Source: Octopus vulgaris (lineage: Eukaryota). From it: 64,000 nucleotides of DNA. The stretch spans positions 8,246,001 to 8,310,000 of the forward strand of contig OX597826.1 of NCBI GenBank assembly GCA_951406725.2, read 5' to 3'. The notes under the pieces were generated by a model. It was given only the letters and a program-made list of their open reading frames with translations. It made no database searches and was not told the DNA's origin. How positions within the stretch are numbered: the stretch's first letter is position 1; each line of letters begins with the position of its first letter. Below, piece after piece: positions 55,322 to 64,000 of the stretch. The translations under genes and the position numbers were made by a program.

Positions 55322-55555
55322 TTAAATCCTTAAAAAATGTTTTAGCCCGAAGGCCGCGGCCATGCTGGGGCACCACCGCTGAATGAGCTACACTAATTTG
55401 TGATACGTGGCACTTGATCAACAAGGGAGTTCGATGCTGCTGCCCGCATCTGTGTCTCCTGTCGTGATGTAGGTTCATCTGGGACCCCCGACAAGAAGAG
55501 ATCCAGTTTAGTTTTAAAGAAACCCACATCCACACCATGTAAGTCTCTCAGGCAT
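55318..55555 (-). mobile_element. 5'-truncated CR1/L2-type LINE: ORF2 C-terminus plus 3' UTR
   Basis: Minus frame 55554-55393 reads CLRDLHGVDVGFFKTKLDLFLSGVPDEPTSRQETQMRAAASNSLVDQVPRITN*, matching the recalled FKxxLDxFLxxVPDEP..RAAxSNSLxDQ end of invertebrate CR1-group LINEs. 3' UTR ggtggtgccccagcatggccgcggc, tail (tttaagga)2, inside (TA)n. Confidence 0.82.
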
Positions 55556-55581
55556 TTATATATATATATGTAAGTCTCTCA

Positions 55582-55651
<70 letters not shown>

Positions 55652-55867
55652 AAGCTTAGAGATCGTGAAATAACCACACGCTGTTTTCATATTTCTTCGT
55701 TCGGTTAAGATTGAATGGGTATAGAGGTGCAATGCACTTTATATAACATACATGACCGTAAAATTCCCATCCATGTCTACATATACGATGTTCGATTTGT
55801 CACTCACACGTTGTTCAAACAATTGTAAACCATACAATATATATAATACCAGCTTCTCCATTCTACA

Positions 55868-55913
<46 letters not shown>

Positions 55914-56350
55914 ATTCGATTCTTATAATTTTATATTCTTTGGCTGTTGTTCGCGTGACCTTTGTGTTGGCTTACTTCTCAATCATAACTGTTTGAGCCA
56001 TTTAAATTTTTTACATGGTATCTTCAAAATGAAATCAAACCACTTGATATATTTAGAACGCTAACAGCAATTTTCTTCACACGATAACATTTTCAACTTA
56101 CAATGATAATAGTATTTAATATCAGTTAACATTTGCCAAACACAAACGAACGCGTTGAAATTGTCGTTGATGTATTTATGCGTAAGATTTAACAAACTTT
56201 GCATACGAAATCTGATATCTGGTGATGTCTTCTAGTTTCTCTGTTATAGAATTAATACTATTAAAACATTCGCCTACTTTTTATAAACAATCGGACGCCG
56301 ACTCTGAATTGTATACTTGGCGTGCACTCATCACTCCTAACTTACCAAGT

Positions 56351-56830
56351 AAACCAAAGCAACTACAAAGAGCTTTCGCATTCGAAGGAGAGAAATTTAA
56401 ATGGACCCGAAATGTGATAGAAATAGCAGCCATACATCTCTCAAAGAAACCAAAGCAACTACAAAGAGCTTTCGCATTCGAAGGAGAGAAATTTAAATGG
56501 ACCCGAAATGTGATAGAAATAGCAGCCATACATCTCTCAAAGAAACCAAAGCAACTACAAAGAGCTTTCGCATTCGAAGGAGAGAAATTTAAATGGACCC
56601 GAAATGTGATAGAAATAGCAGCCATACATCTCTCAAAGAAACCAAAGCAACTACAAAGAGCTTTCGCATTCGAAGGAGAGAAATTTAAATGGACCCGAAA
56701 TGTGATAGAAATAGCAGCCATACATCTCTCAAAGAAACCAAAGCAACTACAAATAGCTTTCACATTCGAAGGAGAGAAATTTAAATGGACCCAAAATGTG
56801 GTAGAAATAGCAGCCATACATCTCTCAAAG
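56351..56830. repeat. 96-bp minisatellite, 5 copies
   Basis: Units start at 56351, 56447, 56543, 56639 and 56735. The first four look identical; the fifth has 4 substitutions. Confidence 0.98.
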
Positions 56831-56835
56831 AGCAA

Positions 56836-56972
56836 CTTGCTGTCAAAAGAGACCGATAGAATAAGGACTTGGCTTACAAAGAGTAAGTCCTGGGATCGAT
56901 TTGTTCGACTAAAGGCGGTGCCCCAGCATGACCGCAGTCAAATGACTGAAACAAGTAAAGCAGTAAAAGAGT
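56836..56972 (+). mobile_element. SINE A/B family 3' (B) half
   Basis: caaaagagaccgatagaataag..ggcttacaaag..cgactaaaggcggtgccccagcatgaccgcagtcaaatgactgaaacaagtaaa. Confidence 0.9.
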
Positions 56973-57205
56973 ATTACTTTTCAACCAAAGGTTTTTGAAT
57001 ACAGGGGTCGTCAAACCAACGATTGAACCTATATATGGTCAGTCAATGTGCTAAAAATAGCTGCCAAAATTTTTCCCATATCACCTAAACACCTAAAAAA
57101 AAGAAATGCTAGATAATTGTTCTCTGCACAAGGATGACAGGATGGTAATGGATGAAATGGCTTTAAATATAAGCTTCGACCACAGGGACGGAATACAGCA
57201 GCAGC

Positions 57206-57490
57206 TTGAGCGAAAACACCTAAAGCTCCACGAGGCTCCGGCGACCCCTGTTGTACTCTTCCGCCCCAACTTTCTCTCACTCTTTCTTCCTGTTTATTGT
57301 CCCCAACTTCCTACGCAACCGCTGAGCCTGGATGCGCATTCATCCATCCATCGATGCTCTCGGTGTCGGGAGTTGACTTGCTTTCTCTTCTGCGGGTCTT
57401 ACGAATAGCAAAGGACCACGTTTCGGACGTCTCCTATCTTGCGAGCTCTGGGACGAAGACCGTTCGCTCAACAGCAACAGAAACAGCAGC
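57206..57490 (+). mobile_element. SINE family E, headless (tail type 3)
   Basis: ttgagcgaaaacacctaaagctccacgaggctccggc..gtactctt..caactttctctcactctttcttc body as in 24057-24350, then a different 3' region ending in caacagcaacag. Confidence 0.75.
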
Positions 57491-57826
57491 AGCAATTAAT
57501 TCTACGTTCGCTGCGACTACAACAACTGCTATAAGAGAAAACGTTAAGCAGTAAATACTAAGCTTCAAGCAAGTCAAATATGTGCCATAACATGAGCTTC
57601 CGGCTAAGCAATCCATCCAGGGGTTTGATACTCCACTTCAAGATGGCCGTTCAGATGCGTTCAATGGGTCGTCATACACTTGAAGACTGTTAAAGCTTCG
57701 CAGGAGAATCAAGGTCTGAATTATCAAATGATACATTAACGTCCATGAAATATTTCCCTGAGACCGACCCCCACACACATATATATAGACACACACATAC
57801 ATATATGTATATGCATTAATGTATGC

Positions 57827-57882
<56 letters not shown>

Positions 57883-58207
57883 CCTTCATTGATGTATGTT
57901 TGGGAGTAAGAGTAATGTTAATATAATGTGTTTACATTGTAAATGTTAGTGATTATCCAAATCGCTATGAGATACCCACAAATGTGTATATATCCATCTA
58001 TCTTTCTATCTATATACATAAATATATGTGTGTGTATGAGTGTGCGCATATGTGCGCGTGAGAGTGCCACTGTGTCCGTATGTGTGTATATACAAAACTA
58101 CATATATACATATACGTATATACATACATATATCTATATCTATCTATCTATCTATTTATCTATCTATCTATCTCTCCATCTATCTATATATATATGTATA
58201 TTTATAT

Positions 58208-58271
<64 letters not shown>

Positions 58272-58279
<8 letters not shown>

Positions 58280-58400
58280 TTAGAGATTAAGCCACTATTA
58301 GGCAAATCAAACAGTGAAAAACATAGAAATAAAATTAATATAATATACAAAATATATAAAATATAAAATATTAGTTTGGATTTACTCCCTAATATTATTA
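58272..58400 (+). mobile_element. Family H1 collapsed (internally deleted) copy
   Basis: Outer left end attaaattagagattaagccactattaggcaaatcaaacagtgaaaaac is joined via AT-rich sequence to the terminal agtttggatttactccctaatatt. Lies inside TA/TAGA repeats. Confidence 0.8.
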
Positions 58401-58404
58401 TTAT

Positions 58405-58498
<94 letters not shown>

Positions 58499-58581
58499 GT
58501 GTATGAAACTCAATCTATCCATCTATGTATCTAGCTATCTGTCTGCCTGTTTGTCTATCTATCTATCAATCTATCTACCTG

Positions 58582-58645
<64 letters not shown>

Positions 58646-58790
58646 TGTGAGTGGTTGTTTGTGTGTATGTATGCTTGTGTGTATATATGTATGTCCGCAT
58701 ATCTATCAATGAGTGTCATTGTGGAACACAATCACATCTATGTTATAAGCAAAAACAGTTAACATGAAAGTAGCCGAAAAGAAATTTGTA

Positions 58791-58827
<37 letters not shown>

Positions 58828-59196
58828 GCTTATGCGTATGTATGTGTATATGTGTTCGTCTGGTGGATGCGGATGCGCTGCCGCGTGTGCGGTTATTGTT
58901 TGAGGGAGAACTAGAAAATAGATATCACATGATGAAAGTTGATGAAATTGGAAGAATTGTAGATATTTCTAATCCACAGAAACCAACACGTCCTAAATCT
59001 TGTGTCAATAGACAAAGCCATCAATTAAATAAACATAGTTTATTCTTACCATGGGTCTAGTATCGTTATTTTTGTTGTTACTGCTGTTGTTTCTGGCCTT
59101 GGTTGTAGTGGTGGTGGTAGTGGTGGTGGTGGTATTGACCATGGTGGTTATGGTGGTGTAACATTAACGTTATTATCATCGTCATCATCATTAATA

Positions 59197-59239
<43 letters not shown>

Positions 59240-59242
59240 CAT

Positions 59243-59456
59243 TAAGGCGACGAGCTGACTGAATCGTTAGCACGCTGGAGTGAAATACTTAGCGGTATTT
59301 CAGCCGTCGCTACGTTCTGAGTTCAAATTCCACCGCTGTCGACTTTGCCTTTCATCCTTTCGTGGTCGATAAATTAAGTATCAGTTGAATACTGGGGTCG
59401 ATGTAATCGACTCATCCGCTCCCCCCAAAAGCTGCCCTTGTAGAAAAATTTGAAAT
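59243..59456 (+). mobile_element. SINE family C monomer
   Basis: taaggcgacgagctg..tacgttctgagttcaaattcc..gtcgactttgcctttcatcctttcgtggtcgataaattaagta. Confidence 0.9.
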
Positions 59457-60039
59457 TATTGAGTAAGAGAGCAGTGCATGCCATCAAAGTGACACTGGGG
59501 TAAAATATACGAAGCCTAGTATACCCATCATGACTACCCGTCTGATAAGGGTACAGCAGGCACATGCCCCACAACCATATGTGTGCAACATGGTGATCTC
59601 ACAACAAGATAAACAGCACATGACCTTTGAGGTTCGGCAAAAGAGCTTGATGGAATAAGTACAAGTTTTTAAAAAAATAAGCACATAACAAATGTTAACC
59701 CACGACTGATTGTAATCATTGTAAATTATTACCAAATGATTATATGCGTAGAGGTAACAGGTAACACCATATAATGAAATGGAATCTGCATATACATCCT
59801 TGCTCTGAAGACATATTACTATCAGTTTTTGTAAACTATGAAATGTGGGGATAAAACGTGATCAATCAGGTGCTCCGTCATGGCTCCAGTTCAATGATTG
59901 AGGCAAGTAAAATATAAAAGATAAACACCATCTTCTCCTTACTAAATATATTAACGAAACCATTTTTGTCTGTATCCCTTTATGGGTGTAAAACTGTATT
60001 GTAAGCCACTAAGGATGCGTTCTTTCTTTTATTGTTTTA

Positions 60040-60483
60040 TTTTTTTACTTGTTTCAAATATTGTTGACTACAGCCATGCTGGAGTACCCCGTCAAATGAT
60101 CTTTTAGTCGAAGGACTTATTTTTTGTCAGCCTAGAACTTATTCTACCGATCTCTTTTGCCGAACCGCTACTTTACGGGGATGTAATCACACCAACATTG
60201 GTTGTCAATCGATGGTGGGGCGGAGAGAGACACAAAGACACACACATAAACACACTTCATATACACAAATATATATGTATATATGGGTGTGTGTGGGGGG
60301 ATTGAAAGAAGTTCGTTGTATATATATATATATACGTATACCTATATCTTTATGTGTAGCTTTGTGTCTGTGTTTTTCCCCCACCATCGATTGACAACCG
60401 ATGCGCTGTGTTTACTTCCCCATAACTTAGCGGTTCGGCAAAAGACCGTTAGAATAAGTACCAGGCTTACAAAGAATAAGTCC
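60040..60483. mobile_element. Two divergent SINE A/B 3' halves (minus ~60040-60250, plus ~60300-60483)
   Basis: ggttgtcaatcgatggtgggg (60200-60220) is the reverse complement of ccccaccatcgattgacaacc (60379-60399). Each continues outward into B-half sequence. Confidence 0.85.
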
Positions 60484-61380
60484 TTACTAAATATATTAAT
60501 GAGATAAGTACTATGAGACAAGTAAAACTGATCTGCTTCACCTAAACCAGAAAAGACTTCCTTATGCCTTCAAGGGAACAGCTAGCGGCGGCCTGGGACC
60601 GTTGCGTTCTTCATTAATGGATGCGGTTGTATGACAGCAGTAACCAGGCTTTTAAGAGATGAAAAGGCAAGCAGAGATGCTGCGTGACACACATACGTTG
60701 GTCCTGCAATGTATGAAAGAACAAAACACAAGAAAGATGGCCAGGGTCAACAGGACAAATGTTGACCCATGACTAATTGTGGAGAAAAAAATTTGATCAA
60801 ATTTAGGATGCAAAAGAGAAAGATCATCTAATAAAGTACATCGGAAGAAGTAGGGGGAAAAGGGTAACTAATAACGGCAAACCTCAAAATCCATCGTGTC
60901 TGGATTCTCACCAGTAAAACTGCAAAGGTAGTGGAAGAAATCGATTTGCTTTCAACACAAAAATTCTATGACCAGCTTAAGCACCAAGCAACCGAAGGAT
61001 CCAGTCCCCCACACACTGCTGATAGGAAACCTCGCTCATTACAAAATACCGTATTATGTTGCTGCAATAGGAAGAAATGAAGGCTAAAAGACAAATTTCT
61101 AGGGAGACAAAGTTACCATCCGCGCCCGTACACACACACACACAAATACACACAAATACACACAAGCATACACATACATACACACAAATCCACGCAAGCA
61201 TACACCCACACAAAACACTCACACATATACGTACGTACCCACCTACATACATACATACACATTGATGAAAGGCTCCAATACGCGATCAGGTGCATATTCA
61301 CATATCTATCTGGAAAGAATCATTCACCCACAGATTCTTTCCTACTATGTATATATATATATATATATATAATTGTATGC

Positions 61381-61436
<56 letters not shown>

Positions 61437-61442
61437 GTATGC

Positions 61443-61511
<69 letters not shown>

Positions 61512-61969
61512 TATGTATATATATATGTATACATATGTATATAATTGTAGATATACACATGTATGTATGTATGTATGTATGTATGTATGTATGTATGTAT
61601 GTATGTATGTATGTATGTATGTGTGTGTGTTTAAGCGGTTATATGCTCACGTGTCAGTCAAAAACTCATAATTCGTACATAACTAAGGCAAATCTATTTT
61701 AATGGGCTCCATATAATATTTAACGATTTCATAGTTATGAATATTGTCCATGATATACAAATGAACCGGAATTGAAAATCGAGAATTACTCCACTGAATA
61801 AACACTTTATAAACACCGAATTACATTCCGATTACTTATGCATACATACACATATATATATACATCCATTCATGCATGTACACACACAAAGACGCACACA
61901 CATATACACTCACACAGGCATATTTATGCATTTATTGTATTTATGTATTATATATATGTTTATACATAC

Positions 61970-62070
<101 letters not shown>

Positions 62071-62080
62071 GCATGCATAC

Positions 62081-62116
<36 letters not shown>

Positions 62117-62122
<6 letters not shown>

Positions 62123-62449
62123 ACATTATATAAAAGGGCTTAGTAAAATAAATTACTTTGCCGCATACTGAACTCATTAGAAATAGCAGCTAAAAAACTT
62201 TTTTAAAGCTATTTCTAATACTTAAAGAAAATCTCTCTCATATATAGTGTTTGCTTTAAGTATTAGAAATAGCTTTAAAAAAGTTTTTTAGCTGCTATTT
62301 CTAATGAGTTCAGTATGCGGCAAAGTAATTTATTTTACTAAGCCCTTTTATATAATGTAATAATTTGAATTCGCCTTAAATGGTCCCTTTGCATACTGGA
62401 CACTTGGTGAAATTAATTAATAATTAATTAATTTTACCCTCAATTGTTG

Positions 62450-62452
<3 letters not shown>
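62117..62452 (+). mobile_element. Second fold-back family: perfect 111-bp inverted arms plus unpaired extension
   Basis: 62117-62227 and 62254-62364 are exact reverse complements by eye around a 26-nt loop. An ~88-bp extension (62365-62452) follows, with (TA)n on both sides. The repeat is certain; the mobile-element call is inferred from architecture. Confidence 0.75.
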
Positions 62453-62490
<38 letters not shown>

Positions 62491-62739
62491 TACATTCATA
62501 CATACATATATATATACATATATATATGTATGTATGTATGTAGGTAGATATGTATGTAGGTAGGTATGTACGTAGGTAGATAGGTATGTATGTAGGTATG
62601 TATGTATGTATGTATGTATGCATGTATGTATGTACATAATATACATAGGCACGCACGCAGACATTCTCAAACGTTCTGTAAACCGATTTTGTAATACATT
62701 TTCTGTGGCTGTATGGACAATTTTGCCAAATAAATATAC

Positions 62740-62797
<58 letters not shown>

Positions 62798-62800
62798 CTA
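62740..62800. repeat. (CTA)n microsatellite
   Basis: Direct reading. Confidence 0.98.
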
Positions 62801-63789
62801 CTATCAACTACCACCAATACTGCCTTGATGATTATTATTTCCTCATTTCGTCGATTGATCAGTCTTTAATCAGTAAAATTCCCTCTATTTAGCTTGAATT
62901 ACTCCCTTGAGTAAAGTATCTACATATTCGCAGTGCAGATTACGTTTGTCTGTATACCATTTAAATTATTCAAATAACTGTTAATTAAGTCGGTAATTCG
63001 ACACAGGAATGCGTTATCTTAAGGGATTACCATTAATTTATCGTATAATAATTTTGGTATTAGCCATGGTAATTTGATCATATTTTGCTCTTTGGCTTCC
63101 AGCAATGGCCATATATATATATATATATATATATAAATATATATACAAAGGAAGTTCCTCTCAGTTTCAAGTAAAATCCGAAGTCAGAAGAGATATATGA
63201 CTAGTTCAGTGCAATTTGGTACAAATATCGCTTTTTAGTAGCTTGAATGTCTAGAATGGTATCTGTCAATATGGGGTATTTTGCATACTTGCTTAGCACC
63301 ACCTACTTTTGCAATGCATTCGAATATCTATCGACCAAATAAGAATTATGAATTATATTCCATGTGTTCACTAATTTGTCTGTTTAGTTCAGGATCTCAG
63401 TAACTTACAGTAATGGTAATCTGCAATTCTAGTTCATAATATCTGCATCTGTACTTTATGATATCAGCATATATACTTTATGATATTGACCTTTATGTTT
63501 CATAATATCGGCATCTATATATCATGATATGTTTCATAATATCGGCATCTATATATCATGGTATTAGGGCTGGAAGTTCGTGATATCACAGGGCGTAGTT
63601 TTTGGTACCAGAGTGGTTGGTTATCATATCAGTGTATATAGTTCATAGCATTATCATCTATTGTTCATAGTATGTTCGTAACGAGTTATATATACATACA
63701 CAAATGCATAAAAATAGATATACATATACATATATACACATACCCATGTATATGTATACATATATACATACATACGTATCATGTTGCAC

Positions 63790-63985
63790 CGTTAATCTCT
63801 ACACATTTGTCTTTTCTCTCTACGTTTTTCTTTCATTTTCTATCCATTGTTTTCCTCTAAATCCTTCTGACGAAGAGCGTAGACTCGAAACGTAAAAGAT
63901 ATTTCCATTCCTCCTTGGCGTTAAACTAATACACCTGCTTTTGTTCAAACACCTGTCTTCTTTTGTTTTCTATATATAAATGTAC
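63790..63985 (+). mobile_element. Family H2 element
   Basis: Pyrimidine-rich leader, hammerhead-like core, then gcgttaaactaatacacctg..acacctgtcttc..gtttt and a TA-rich end. Collinear with 43888-44071 and 32-195. Confidence 0.75.
63861..63900 (+). ncRNA. Minimal type I hammerhead-like motif
   Basis: atcctt-CTGACGA-aGAGcgtagaCTC-GAAAcGTA-aaagat has an intact CUGANGA/GAAA/UH core and helix I atcctt/aaagat (one mismatch). Helix III is reduced to the palindrome ACGT. Confidence 0.62.
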
Positions 63986-64000
63986 ATATATATAAATGCA

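Noticed and set aside
56351-56830. CRISPR-like array or genuine repeat-protein gene
   Set aside because: Units are contiguous with no unique spacers and the context is eukaryotic. The ORF ends inside a SINE and shows no synonymous divergence pattern.
60530-61010. Possible decayed LINE coding fragment
   Set aside because: It looks more complex than its surroundings, but I could not recover diagnostic motifs in any frame.

Overview
Eukaryotic, AT-rich, repeat-saturated DNA with no protein-coding exon I can support, so probably intronic or intergenic. From memory, not a search, the SINE families and microsatellite load look like an octopus (coleoid cephalopod) genome. Almost all ORFs in the track are translations of (TA)n, (TG)n, (TAGA)n, (CATA)n, (GA)n, (GAT)n or (AAT)n. 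Supportable features: four tRNA-headed SINE families in many copies (my labels A/B, C, D, E), 3' ends of an RTE LINE and a CR1/L2-type LINE, a decayed mariner, a Tc2-type MITE, a TTAGGG-containing MITE, a non-autonomous Helitron, a decayed Penelope-like GIY-YIG coding remnant, a 5S rRNA-derived fragment and a 96-bp minisatellite. The most interesting signal is a set of non-coding elements inserted in (TA)n tracts. Two ~500-bp fold-back elements (32661-33180, 44154-44664) have ~200-216-bp arms that each carry a type I hammerhead ribozyme motif, with copy-specific mutations mirrored in both arms. There is also a collapsed third copy, an unrelated perfect 111-bp-arm fold-back of the same architecture, and four copies of a second family whose minimal hammerhead-like motif could only form helix III as a dimer. 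Together these suggest a Penelope-mobilised, ribozyme-bearing, microsatellite-associated retroelement system. All alignments were done by eye. Coordinates are good to a few bases for sharp features and to tens of bases for decayed ones.
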